A stretch of 64,000 nucleotides of DNA from Candidatus Levyibacteriota bacterium (GTDB lineage: Bacteria > Patescibacteriota > Microgenomatia > Levybacterales > UBA12049), in NCBI GenBank assembly GCA_043823085.1, contig JBDRBE010000003.1, forward strand, positions 19,822-83,821, in the 5' to 3' direction. The notes below the pieces were generated by a model. It was not told where the DNA came from and searched no databases. It was given only the letters and a program-made list of their open reading frames with translations. Position numbers and translations under genes: made by a program. Shown piece after piece: positions 17,306-26,790 of this stretch (position 1 is the first letter of the stretch; each line of letters opens with the position of its first letter).

Positions 17306-19684
17306 ATGAATCTTCAAACTTTTTCTTTTGAAGAAATGGTTTCATTTCTTATTTCGCTTGCCATTGGTTTTATTGGCGCGATAATTTTGGTTGTCGGACT
17401 TTATTTTTTTAGCAGAATTTTATTCTTATGGTACAAATATCGCAATCGCGAAAAAGAATCTTTAGATTCGGTTCTTTTGCAAGTAGCTCTGCCGCGGGAT
17501 AACGAAATTAAAATTGATGCGGCCGAACAATTATTTTCCAGCCTCTCTTCAATTAGAAAAGGGGGCAGGCTTTCTTTTTTAAAACCACAGCCTCATCTTT
17601 CATTTGAAATAGTGGGAATGGCAGGGGATATTAGATTTTATGTTTATGTTCCCAATAAACTTCGGGATATGGTTGAAAAGCAAATTAACGGGGCTTATTC
17701 GGATGCAGAGATTACCCAAGTCGCCGAGAAAGAAGTTTCTCAAAAAAAATATGTGATGGGAGGAGAATATAATATTTTTTCAGAAAAAGGCAAAGTGGCC
17801 TTTGCTTCTTTAAGACTTAAATCCTCCAGTTATTTGCCGATTAAAGCCTATAAGGATCTTCCGGTTGATCCGTTATCTTCCATTACTTCAGTTTTGGCCA
17901 AAATGTCAGAAGGGGAGGGAGCGGCAATTCAGATCTTGGTAAGTCCGTCTGACTCTTCTTGGAAAAAATCGGGAAAGTCATATTTATCTAAAACCAAAAA
18001 GAATGAGGCCAATCCGGAAACCGCCAAATACTCGGCCGACCAAAAAGAACTTGAGGCAATTGAAAATAAAATTTCAAAACCCGGTTTTGATATGGTTGCA
18101 AGAATTGTTGTTTCCTCAAGCACAATGGAATCAGCCCAGGCACATTTAGGAAATATTTCCGGCGCATTTACTCAATTTAGCGGTATGAATTCTTTTACCA
18201 AAAATCGTCATTTTTTCAAAGGATTATTTATGAATGATTTTATTTACCGTTATATGCCCGTTCGTGGTCAAACAAATGTTTTATCCAGCGATGAGCTGGC
18301 AACAATTTTTCATTTTCCAAATAAAAGTATTACAACTCCTCATATTTTTTGGGTGACAGCCAAACGCGCGCCGGCGCCTGCTCAAATTCCAGAAAGTGGT
18401 CTTTATCTTGGTAAAAGCACATATCGTGGAATGAGTAAGCCCATTTATATGAGCTTGGATGACAGACGCCGCCATATGTATATTATTGGAAAAACTGGTA
18501 CGGGGAAAACAGAATTCTTAAAAGAAATGATAATGCAGGATATTAAAGCCGGACAGGGGTTGGCAGTAATAGATCCCCATGGAGATTTGATCGAAGATAT
18601 TCTGCCTCTTATTCCACCCCAGCGCTCTGAAGATGTTATTCTTTTTGATCCTTCTGATCAGCAAAGACCAATGGGAATAAACATGCTTGATGCTCAAACC
18701 GAAGAACAAAAGCATTATGTTGTTTCATCAATTATCGGACTGATGTATAAACTTTTTGATCCGCATCAAACCGGAATTATCGGTCCGAGATTTGAGCATT
18801 CGATACGAAATGCCATGTTAACGGTAATGTGTGAGCCGGGGAATACTTTTGTCGAAGTGGTTAGAGTTTTGACTGATTCTGCTTTTGTTCAGGAACTTTT
18901 GCCAAAAGTGCAAGACCCGATTGTTCGGCGTTACTGGACCGACCAGATTGCTCAAACATCGGATTTTCATAAGTCCGAGGTTTTGGACTATATTGTTTCC
19001 AAGTTTGGCCGCTTTGTTACCAATAAAATGATTCGAAATATTATCGGCCAATCACAAAGCTCTTTTAATTTTAGAAAAATTATGGATGAGGGGAAAATTC
19101 TTTTGGTTAATCTTTCTAAAGGTAAAATCGGCGAGGAAAATTCAAACTTTTTAGGATTGGTTTTAGTGCCTAAAATATTAATTTCTGCCATGTCCCGTCA
19201 AGACATGCCAAAAGAGCAAAGACGCGACTTTTTCCTGTACGTTGACGAATTCCAGAATTTTGCAACACCAGATTTTGCCCAAATATTATCGGAAGCGAGA
19301 AAATATAAACTCAATCTAATTGTTGCCAATCAGTTTATCGGACAAATGGAAGAGGAGGTTAAAAACGCCATTTTTGGCAATGTCGGAAGTTTAGTTGCCT
19401 TTAGGGTTGGCGTGACTGATGCAAATTATTTACAACATGAGTTTCAGCCCACTTTTACCGAAGCGGATTTAATTAATATCGAAAGATTTAATACTTATAC
19501 AAAAACAATTGTCAGCGGCGAGCCGGTGCCGCCGTTTTCTATGGACTTGGTTAAAGATATGGCAAAGGAAAAAGATATTGCCAATCCCAGAGTGGCAGAG
19601 TTAATCAGAGAGCTTTCAAGATTAAAGTTTGGTAAAGATGCTAGTGTAGTTGAAGCGGAAATTGCTCAACGAGCAAGACTTTGA
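17306..19684 (+). CDS. VirD4/TraG/TraD-like type IV coupling-protein family ATPase (DUF87/TraM-recognition-like)
   Basis: N-terminal TM segment. Walker A IIGKTGTGKTEFL, Walker B region FFLYVDEFQNFA, and the C-terminal LIVANQFIGQMEE motif are typical of T4CP/TrwB-like ATPases. Confidence 0.7.
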   Translation: MNLQTFSFEEMVSFLISLAIGFIGAIILVVGLYFFSRILFLWYKYRNREKESLDSVLLQVALPRDNEIKIDAAEQLFSSLSSIRKGGRLSFLKPQPHLSFEIVGMAGDIRFYVYVPNKLRDMVEKQINGAYSDAEITQVAEKEVSQKKYVMGGEYNIFSEKGKVAFASLRLKSSSYLPIKAYKDLPVDPLSSITSVLAKMSEGEGAAIQILVSPSDSSWKKSGKSYLSKTKKNEANPETAKYSADQKELEAIENKISKPGFDMVARIVVSSSTMESAQAHLGNISGAFTQFSGMNSFTKNRHFFKGLFMNDFIYRYMPVRGQTNVLSSDELATIFHFPNKSITTPHIFWVTAKRAPAPAQIPESGLYLGKSTYRGMSKPIYMSLDDRRRHMYIIGKTGTGKTEFLKEMIMQDIKAGQGLAVIDPHGDLIEDILPLIPPQRSEDVILFDPSDQQRPMGINMLDAQTEEQKHYVVSSIIGLMYKLFDPHQTGIIGPRFEHSIRNAMLTVMCEPGNTFVEVVRVLTDSAFVQELLPKVQDPIVRRYWTDQIAQTSDFHKSEVLDYIVSKFGRFVTNKMIRNIIGQSQSSFNFRKIMDEGKILLVNLSKGKIGEENSNFLGLVLVPKILISAMSRQDMPKEQRRDFFLYVDEFQNFATPDFAQILSEARKYKLNLIVANQFIGQMEEEVKNAIFGNVGSLVAFRVGVTDANYLQHEFQPTFTEADLINIERFNTYTKTIVSGEPVPPFSMDLVKDMAKEKDIANPRVAELIRELSRLKFGKDASVVEAEIAQRARL

Positions 19685-19692
19685 CACCTTGA

Positions 19693-19800
19693 GGGTAGAA
19701 GATAGAAGTTTGATGATAGATCTTGAAGTTTGAAAATGGAAGTTAGATTCTATCTTCTAGCTTCTAACTTCAAATTCTAGCTTCTAGTTTCCAGCGTCAA
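19693..19800. repeat. complex imperfect palindrome / inverted repeats in the spacer after the T4CP-like gene
   Basis: TAGAAGATAGAAGTTTGA...TTCTATCTTCTAGCTTCTAACTTC. The arms are reverse complements. Confidence 0.5.
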
Positions 19801-19962
19801 ACATCAAATTTTAACGTCCAGCATCAAATCTTTTTTCTACTTCTTTCCAGTTAACCACATTCCAAAAAGCCTCGATGTATTCTGGTCTTCGATTTTGATA
19901 TCCTAAAATTTAGTTATAAAAAACAAATGTAAAAAGGGTAAGAGAATTGTAAGGTTTTTTAT

Positions 19963-20913
19963 ATGTTGAAAATAGACGAACCACTAATTATACTATCTGC
20001 AATGGTTGAAGCTATTGAGAGAAGACCAAGACCAGGTACGAAAACAGCATCGATATTAGAATACGTAGAAAAAGGAGAACCAACTCGGGTAATTGTCGAA
20101 AAGACAGGTGTATCCGCATCAGTTGTACGAACTTTAAGGGCCCACATTTTTAAGTCTTACCTTCCTAAGCCTCAAGAAGAGAAGACAAAATCGGTATGGA
20201 TACAGGAAATCAGTCGAGCAAAGGGAGGGCAGAGTGTGCTTGTTGAACCATTTGCAAAAATGGGAATGGCGCCTGTAGAAATTGTAGAAGCTATAGCAAT
20301 AAAAACTGGAAGAGTTTTATCTTTACCTGAAGTTCGAAATGCGATGCAGAAAGCGAGGATAAAAGGGGTTCTTCCCAAGCCAAATCGAACTAAAGCGGAA
20401 GAGAACAAATTTTTAGCACAATGCCATAAGCCAAAAGAGGAAATAAAAAAGAGAGTTCGTCTCTGGCTAGAGTTAGAAGAGTTGCTTACTAAGAAAGGAG
20501 CGGTAGCAATACCGGCAGGAAGAGAAGATTGGCTTTCTTATATTTCTTTTTTTGAAAAACGGAGAGAGTTGCGACAGCCATTGAGCAAAGTATTTGTGGT
20601 GGAAGGACAAAGTTTAGAGGAAGTTTCAAGCTGGGATAAACAAAAACTCCTAAAGTTAGCAGATGTTCTTGGTAATTCTGTAGATGAAGTTAATTTTGTT
20701 CGAGATGCTCCGTTTTTGGTCTGTCAAATATTGATGTTTGTGGCCGCTTTTCACGAGAATAAATTGAGAGAATTTGATCTGGAGTTGGAATCCTTAAGTA
20801 AATTCCAGTTGAGAAACTCTATTAGGATTTGCTGGGCATATATGAATAAGTACCCCCAACTTGACAACCTAACCAAAGTTTATCAAATCATTAGAAAAAA
20901 CATTGGTTTTTAA
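19963..20913 (+). CDS. hypothetical protein
   Basis: 316-aa ORF with no motif I recognise. Basic and helical, so possibly DNA-binding. Confidence 0.45.
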   Translation: MLKIDEPLIILSAMVEAIERRPRPGTKTASILEYVEKGEPTRVIVEKTGVSASVVRTLRAHIFKSYLPKPQEEKTKSVWIQEISRAKGGQSVLVEPFAKMGMAPVEIVEAIAIKTGRVLSLPEVRNAMQKARIKGVLPKPNRTKAEENKFLAQCHKPKEEIKKRVRLWLELEELLTKKGAVAIPAGREDWLSYISFFEKRRELRQPLSKVFVVEGQSLEEVSSWDKQKLLKLADVLGNSVDEVNFVRDAPFLVCQILMFVAAFHENKLREFDLELESLSKFQLRNSIRICWAYMNKYPQLDNLTKVYQIIRKNIGF

Positions 20914-20959
20914 CCTAAGTTACAGAAAATTTGCTAATATAGTAAGCAAATTTAGCTTA

Positions 20960-20968
20960 TGATATAAT
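20960..20968 (+). promoter_or_regulatory. extended -10 element (TGATATAAT) upstream of tRNA-Ile
   Basis: TGnTATAAT lies 16 nt before the tRNA 5' end. Confidence 0.35.
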
Positions 20969-20984
20969 TTGAGCGTAGATATTT

Positions 20985-21056
20985 GCGTCCGTAGCTCAGT
21001 GGTAGAGCGCTACTCTTATAAAGTAGATGTCCTTGGTTCGAATCCAAGCGGACGCA
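20985..21056 (+). tRNA. tRNA-Ile, anticodon UAU
   Basis: Cloverleaf folded by hand: acceptor GCGTCCG/CGGACGC, D-arm GCTC..GAGC, anticodon stem CTACT/AGTAG with loop CTTATAA, and T-arm CTTGG-TTCGAAT-CCAAG. Confidence 0.7.
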
Positions 21057-21131
21057 CCCATTCGTCGCTTCGCTCCTCAGGGCAAGCTTGACTTTACAAA
21101 GGCCTTAATCTTTCGCTAAGATAGACGAAGC

Positions 21132-22943
21132 ATGAAAAAGATTTCCACGGGACCCGCATTCGGTGATTTTATTGGTTTGGAAAAATCCTCGCCAAAAAGG
21201 CATTACGGCGGCGAGGGCGACAGGACACAAATGCGGGATTTTTTACTGCCGCTTTTATTAATTATTTTGCTTGGCATTCTTATTTTCAGGCTTGCCGCTT
21301 TGCAAATTTTCCAGGGAAGTTATTATCGAAACCTGGCTGATAATAACAGAATCAGGACAACTACGATTCACGCTCCGCGGGGCATTATTTTTGACCGGAA
21401 CAACACGCCTTTGGTTTTTAATGTGCCCGGTTTTCGCGAAATTATTAATGGAAAAACTATTCTTCTCTCCCAAAAGCAGGCGATACAAGTAATTGCAGAA
21501 GGCAAAAAAGATCTAGAGGTTGATTCTCTTCGGGAATATTCTTATAAAGACGCTTTTTCTCATGTTTTGGGCTATCTTGGCCAAATTTCCCAAGGTGAAC
21601 TCAAAAAAGAAGAATTTAAAGACTATGCCGGCGGAGATTTAATAGGAAAAGACGGGATTGAACAGCAATATGAAAGTTTGCTTAAAGGTACAGACGGGAA
21701 GCAATTGTTTGAGGTGGATGCTTTAGGTAAAACAATAAGGACTTTGGGGGTTGAGGATCCAATTCCAGGTCTTGACATTAAATTAACTTTGGATGCCAAA
21801 CTGCAAATTGCAGGGTTTAAAGCAATGGAAAATGTTAAAAAAGGCGCATTAATTGTTTCAACGCCAAAAGGAGAAATCCTGGCTCTTATTTCAAAACCGA
21901 GCTTTGACCCAAACCTTTTTACCAAAGGCGAGTATTATTCTTCTGCTTCAGATTCTGCAAAGCAGAATTTGTCTGACGTTCTTCTTGGGCAAGAGAATCC
22001 TCTTTTAAACAGGGCAATTTCCGGAGTTTACCCTCCCGGATCAACTTTTAAAATAATTACGGCGGCAGCGGCTCTAGAAGATAAAATTATTGACGAGAAT
22101 TTTACGGTTGAGGACATAGGAGTTTTGCAAGTTGGAGCTTTTTCTTTTGGCAACTGGTATTTTCTGCAATACGGAAAAACAGAAGGAATTCTTAATGTAG
22201 TTTCGGCTTTAAGGCGGTCAAACGATATTTTCTTTTATAAGCTAGCCGAAAAAATTGGCCTTGAAAAATTATCGGAAATGGCAAAAAATTTTGGCCTTGG
22301 GCAAGCCTTGGGGATTGATTTAAGCGGCGAGGCAGAAGGTCTTGTGCCATCAGATTCCTGGAAACAAAAAGCAATTGGCGAGTCATGGTACTTGGGCGAC
22401 ACTTATCATTATGGTATTGGACAAGGATATTTGTTGACAACGCCTTTGCAGGTTAATACTTGGACCCAAGCGATCGCAAACGTGGGCTCGCTTTACGAGC
22501 CACATTTGCTTCAAAATCAAAAATTCTCGCGGAGCGAGACAAAATTCAAAATTCAAAGTTCAAAGTTTTTGAGTCAAAAAACAGTTGACTTAATTCGGCA
22601 GGGGATGGTGGAGAGTTGCAGCCCGGGTGGGGTGGCATGGCCGCTCTTTGAATTTAGAATTAAGAATCAAGAATTAAGAATTGATGGGAAGAATTTTTTG
22701 GAAGTGCCAACTTCATCAACTTCGGGACAAATGAAAGATTATCGGCAAATTTCAATTGCCTGTAAAACAGGAACAGCCCAACATGGAGGATTAGAAACTA
22801 TGCCTCACGCCTGGATAACGCTTTTTGCCCCGGCTTATGATCCGCAGATTGTCGTGACAGTTTTATCAGAAGAATCAGGGGAGGGTTCAAATGTTGCCGC
22901 CCCAATCGCCAAAAAAGTTTTGGAAGAGTGGTTTACTAGATAA
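21132..22943 (+). CDS. class B penicillin-binding protein (PBP2/FtsI-like peptidoglycan D,D-transpeptidase)
   Basis: N-terminal TM segment, PBP dimerisation region, and transpeptidase motifs (STFK, SxN region, KTGTAQ). It carries in-frame tandem-repeat insertions at 22515-22575 and 22655-22700. Confidence 0.85.
   Translation: MKKISTGPAFGDFIGLEKSSPKRHYGGEGDRTQMRDFLLPLLLIILLGILIFRLAALQIFQGSYYRNLADNNRIRTTTIHAPRGIIFDRNNTPLVFNVPGFREIINGKTILLSQKQAIQVIAEGKKDLEVDSLREYSYKDAFSHVLGYLGQISQGELKKEEFKDYAGGDLIGKDGIEQQYESLLKGTDGKQLFEVDALGKTIRTLGVEDPIPGLDIKLTLDAKLQIAGFKAMENVKKGALIVSTPKGEILALISKPSFDPNLFTKGEYYSSASDSAKQNLSDVLLGQENPLLNRAISGVYPPGSTFKIITAAAALEDKIIDENFTVEDIGVLQVGAFSFGNWYFLQYGKTEGILNVVSALRRSNDIFFYKLAEKIGLEKLSEMAKNFGLGQALGIDLSGEAEGLVPSDSWKQKAIGESWYLGDTYHYGIGQGYLLTTPLQVNTWTQAIANVGSLYEPHLLQNQKFSRSETKFKIQSSKFLSQKTVDLIRQGMVESCSPGGVAWPLFEFRIKNQELRIDGKNFLEVPTSSTSGQMKDYRQISIACKTGTAQHGGLETMPHAWITLFAPAYDPQIVVTVLSEESGEGSNVAAPIAKKVLEEWFTR
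22515..22575. repeat. AT-rich tandem repeats (AAATTCAAA / AGTTCAAAG) in-frame in PBP2
   Basis: gacaaaattcaaaattcaaagttcaaagtttttgagtcaaaaaa, encoding ETKFKIQSSKFLSQK. Confidence 0.8.
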
Positions 22944-22946
22944 AAC

Positions 22947-23423
22947 TTATTCAATTGGAATTGGGATCTTGGATATTGGCGGAGAAGAGTACACGTCTTC
23001 ATTTGTCATTTTTACTAACCAGTCGACTAATGTTACTCCCTCTCGGCGAAATTTAGCTTTCTCTTCAAAATCACTTATGTCATCGATGTGCATTTTTATG
23101 GGTTTCCATTTAAGTTTAATAACAGAGTCGCCGATTTTAAGAGCAGTCGAAGTGATACGTAGAGATTCTAATCCTTCACTTCCTAAACAAAACTCTATCT
23201 TTAGTCCTGGCTTTTTTACATGAAAAACTTCGATATTAATTTTATTAGTCTTTTTTGTAGCTCCAATTAATGTGCCGTCTTTTAATACTGTCAAGGAGGT
23301 ACTTAAGTCTTCGGCTATGTGTCTTGTTCCGGCTAAATTTTCTTTGGGTTGAAAAAATCCAGAGAGAACTTCAAAGGCTTTTTGTTCGGGTGTTGTTGCT
23401 TTTGGAATTTCTCCGTTTCCCAT
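22947..23423 (-). CDS. hypothetical protein
   Basis: 158-aa ORF, tail-to-head with the recombinase gene. No recognised motif. Confidence 0.45.
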   Translation of the reverse strand: MGNGEIPKATTPEQKAFEVLSGFFQPKENLAGTRHIAEDLSTSLTVLKDGTLIGATKKTNKINIEVFHVKKPGLKIEFCLGSEGLESLRITSTALKIGDSVIKLKWKPIKMHIDDISDFEEKAKFRREGVTLVDWLVKMTNEDVYSSPPISKIPIPIE

Positions 23424-23433
23424 AATCTTATAA

Positions 23434-24294
23434 TTAGAGTTCTAATAAATTTGTATTTTCCTTTGCTCTATTTTGGACGAATTGGAGATAGCGTTCGGTA
23501 GTTGAAAGTCTTTTGTGTCCTAAAACTTTTGATAAAACAACCAAGGATACACCGTGTTTTAAGTGATGAGCAACAAAGGTGTGGCGAAGATCATTGACTT
23601 TGGCGTCTTTTATCTCGGCCAATCTGAAATATCTTTCGACCGCGGTTCTAATATTTCGAATTAAAAACGGCTTGCCGGTTTTGGTAACAAAAACTCTTTC
23701 TTCTTTAACTTTTGGCCTAACATCCAAATATTTTTTGAGAGCTTCTTTGGCTGGTTTGTTTAAAGGCACAATGCGTGCTTCGTGTTTTTCATAGGGCAAA
23801 ATTTTGATGCTGTCTCCTGCAACATCGGAAAGTCTAAGCGCGGCTAATTCTCCAATCCTAATTCCGGTTTGAAGGAGTAGTTCGATAATGGCAAACATTC
23901 TCGCATCGTTTCTGGTAGAGTCTCTTAAAGCTCGGTATTCGGTTGGAGTTAGGATTCTGGGCGGAGCAAGCTCATATCTTGGGTGATTAATCAAAAGCGA
24001 TGGGTCATCGGTAATATACTCGTTAACCTTTAAAAACCTATAAAAAGTGCGGGTCGAGTTTATTTTTCGAGAAATAGTTTTTGGCGTGAAACCTTGCTTT
24101 GACAATTTTGCCAAAAAAGCCTCAAGATATTCCTTTGTAACTTCGTGAACATTAACTTTTGACGCTTCATTTAAAAAAGAAATCAACTGATCAATGTCCT
24201 TGCCATATGCTACAATGGTGGAGGTTGAATGTTTCTTTTCTTTTAAAAAATTCTTAAATTGTTCGTGGGCATCTTTGAGCGCAATCATTTTCAT
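23434..24294 (-). CDS. tyrosine site-specific recombinase (XerC/XerD family)
   Basis: The C-terminal catalytic region has RHTFVAHHLKHGVSLVVLSKVLGHKRLSTTERYLQ (R..H..R..Y). An N-terminal SAM-like core-binding domain is present. Confidence 0.85.
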   Translation of the reverse strand: MKMIALKDAHEQFKNFLKEKKHSTSTIVAYGKDIDQLISFLNEASKVNVHEVTKEYLEAFLAKLSKQGFTPKTISRKINSTRTFYRFLKVNEYITDDPSLLINHPRYELAPPRILTPTEYRALRDSTRNDARMFAIIELLLQTGIRIGELAALRLSDVAGDSIKILPYEKHEARIVPLNKPAKEALKKYLDVRPKVKEERVFVTKTGKPFLIRNIRTAVERYFRLAEIKDAKVNDLRHTFVAHHLKHGVSLVVLSKVLGHKRLSTTERYLQFVQNRAKENTNLLEL

Positions 24295-24355
24295 AGTTTT
24301 ATATGGCCTATAATATCACCGATTTGTGCTTAAGTCAATATGTAAATAAAACACT

Positions 24356-24712
24356 ATGAAAAGAGCATTATTTTTTGCGGCAATCGTTATTTCAATCTTA
24401 GTTATTAATAACTTAGCTCATTCGATATATGGTCTTTGGTCCAAGCAAGAACTTTTGGTTAATACGCAAAAAGACCTCGAAAGTAAGAAAAAAGAAAATA
24501 AAGAATTAAAAGATCAATTGTCAGTTGCCCAAAGCGAGCAATTTGTCGAAAAAGAGGCAAGAGATAAATTGTTTTTGGTAAAAGTTGGGGAGAGTGGTGT
24601 GATTTTGGATAAAAAACTTCTTGAAGCTTCAGAGTCCGCAGACAGTCAATCTCAACCCCAAAGCCCAAACTGGAAAAAGTGGTGGGAGTTGTTTTTTACA
24701 TCAGCTCCCTGA
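24356..24712 (+). CDS. FtsB/DivIC-like septum formation initiator
   Basis: A single N-terminal TM helix followed by a coiled coil (KDLESKKKENKELKDQLSVAQSEQFVEKEARDKLFLVKVGE), characteristic of FtsB/DivIC. Confidence 0.6.
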   Translation: MKRALFFAAIVISILVINNLAHSIYGLWSKQELLVNTQKDLESKKKENKELKDQLSVAQSEQFVEKEARDKLFLVKVGESGVILDKKLLEASESADSQSQPQSPNWKKWWELFFTSAP

Positions 24713-24920
24713 TTGCGTAGTGGGTTATGTAGAGAATAATGAAACCCACTACAAATGATGCGGAGAAAGAAAGGGTTGGATTATTTGGAAATAAGTATAA
24801 ATCCATTAAACCCCATGTTCCTCTCCAGAAAGAAACAACAGAAATACCAATTCCCACTGCCATTAAAAGTTTGTGGTGTAATTTATGCTTTGAATGAAAA
24901 TAATATTTGCTTTTAGGCAT
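24696..24920 (-). CDS. small hypothetical membrane protein
   Basis: 74-aa ORF with two predicted TM helices. Weak call. Confidence 0.3.
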   Translation of the reverse strand: MPKSKYYFHSKHKLHHKLLMAVGIGISVVSFWRGTWGLMDLYLFPNNPTLSFSASFVVGFIILYITHYAIRELM

Positions 24921-25084
24921 AAACTTCCCCCGTCATGTTTGTTTCCGCTTTTAACGCCTTCATTCTCGCCTGAATGGCGGGGTATTCGGCTAAGCGTAAA
25001 TAAGGGCAGGTTAATTTAAATATAACAAATTTTCCCAAAATCAACAAATAGGGGAGAGAGTATTTTTGATGATAAAAAGGTGTG

Positions 25085-25158
25085 TACCAGGGGGGAGGAT
25101 CGAACTCCCGACCTTGGGTTTATGAATCCCATGCTCTAACCGACTGAGCTACCCTGGC
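25085..25158 (-). tRNA. tRNA-Met, anticodon CAU (possibly initiator; three G-C pairs in the anticodon stem)
   Basis: Reverse complement GCCAGGGTAGCTCAGTCGGTTAGAGCATGGGATTCATAAACCCAAGGTCGGGAGTTCGATCCTCCCCCCTGGTA folds as a cloverleaf with anticodon loop TTCATAA. Confidence 0.7.
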
Positions 25159-25399
25159 GTCAAGCAAAAGTATATCAACTGGCGTTAAAGAAATCAATAA
25201 AGTGTGTTATAATATGGGCACGCGCGGGGTAGTGTACAGTGCACGTGAGGCTCATAATCTCACAGGCTAGGCGCAACTCCTAGCCCCGCAACACTTTGAC
25301 CCATACTCGTTCAGCGCAAACAAATTTGCTGGGCGAGTTTTTAATAATACAGAAGTGAATCCTAATAGGGTATAATGCAAGAAAAGTTAAGAAGGTTTA

Positions 25400-26752
25400 T
25401 TGATGAACAATCAATTCAAAAATAAAAAAATTGCCATTGTCGGGCTTGGAATAGAGGGTTTATCAAGCGCAAAGTTTTTTATTGAAAAGCGAGCAGAAGT
25501 TACAATTCTGGACAAAAAAGAAAAAACCGAATTAAACCTAGACACTCCGTTTGTTTTTGGTAAAAATTATCTGGATAATCTTGACTGTTTCGATGTCATT
25601 GTTAGAAGTCCGGGTGTTAAAGTTGATCTTCCAAATCTTCAAAAAGCAAAAGAAAAAGGAACGGTTATCACTTCTCAAATAAAACTTTTTTTTGATCTTT
25701 GTCCCTGCAAAATCATCGGCGTTACCGGAACAAAAGGAAAAGGAACGACCGCGTCGTTAATTTACGAAATGTTTAAAAAACAAACCAGAAATGCGTATTT
25801 GGGTGGTAATATAGGACTGCCTCCATTGGATTTTTTGGACAAATTAAATTCTCACTCAATTGTAGTTTTGGAACTCTCAAGTTTCCAACTCCAAGACCTT
25901 AAAAAGAGCCCTCATATTGCCGTAATTCTTATGACTTTAAGTGAACATCTTGATTATCATAAAGATGTTGAAGAATATGTCAGCGCAAAAAGAAATATTG
26001 TTAAATTTCAAAAGACTTCTGACTTTGCGATTTTAAATATTGATTATCCGGCAAGCCGCGAATCGGATATCCATACTCAGGGAAAAGTATTTTATATTAG
26101 TCGGGAAGGGGAGGTTGGTGAAGGATGTTTTGTGAAAAAAGGGGAAATAAAATTAAAAATTAAAAATGAGGAATTAAAAATTATTGATACTAAAGAAATT
26201 TTATTACCCGGGGAGCATAATTTTGAAAATGTTTGCGCGGCGGTTATGGCGGTTGCACTTTGTAATGTCTCGAAAGAGAATATCATTAAAGTCCTTAAAA
26301 CCTTTAAGGGCTTGGAGCATCGTTTGGAGCTTGTTGGAGAGGTTGGCGGCGTTAAATATTACGACGATTCGTTTTCGACCACTCCCGAAACTGCCATTGC
26401 CGCAATACTGGCTTTTAAAAATCCGGAGATTTTAATTTTGGGCGGGTCAAGTAAAAATTCAGATTTTAGCGAGTTAGGAAAAGTTATTAGTAATGCAAAA
26501 AATATCAAGGCGATTATTGGAATCGGTCTTGAATGGAAAAGAATTAAGTCAACTATACGCCATACGCTATACGCCATACGCTATATTGAAGGATTAAAGA
26601 ATATGCATTCAATTATTCAAAAAGCTTCAGAAATAGCGGAGGTGGGGGATATTGTTCTTCTGTCGCCGGCATGTGCCAGTTTTGATATGTTTAAGAACTA
26701 CAAGGACAGGGGAAGGCAGTTTAGAGAAGAAGTGGAGAACCTCAAGAAATAA
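25400..26752 (+). CDS. murD: UDP-N-acetylmuramoylalanine--D-glutamate ligase
   Basis: Rossmann N-terminus KIAIVGLGIEG and the Mur ligase P-loop IGVTGTKGKGTTASLIYEM. There is an in-frame CTATACGC-family repeat at 26548-26590. Confidence 0.9.
   Translation: MMNNQFKNKKIAIVGLGIEGLSSAKFFIEKRAEVTILDKKEKTELNLDTPFVFGKNYLDNLDCFDVIVRSPGVKVDLPNLQKAKEKGTVITSQIKLFFDLCPCKIIGVTGTKGKGTTASLIYEMFKKQTRNAYLGGNIGLPPLDFLDKLNSHSIVVLELSSFQLQDLKKSPHIAVILMTLSEHLDYHKDVEEYVSAKRNIVKFQKTSDFAILNIDYPASRESDIHTQGKVFYISREGEVGEGCFVKKGEIKLKIKNEELKIIDTKEILLPGEHNFENVCAAVMAVALCNVSKENIIKVLKTFKGLEHRLELVGEVGGVKYYDDSFSTTPETAIAAILAFKNPEILILGGSSKNSDFSELGKVISNAKNIKAIIGIGLEWKRIKSTIRHTLYAIRYIEGLKNMHSIIQKASEIAEVGDIVLLSPACASFDMFKNYKDRGRQFREEVENLKK
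26548..26590. repeat. CTATACGC/CCATACGC repeat inserted in-frame in murD
   Basis: aagtcaactatacgccatacgctatacgccatacgctatattg, encoding STIRHTLYAIRYI. Confidence 0.75.
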
Positions 26753-26790
26753 TTTTCAATTTTCAATTTTAAATTTCCAATCAATTTTCA

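Noticed and set aside
23434-24294. Integrase marking a prophage or genomic island near tRNA-Ile
   Set aside because: The flanking genes are core functions (PBP2, FtsB), and no phage or cargo genes or att-like duplication of the tRNA 3' end were seen. It is more consistent with a housekeeping XerC/D-type recombinase.
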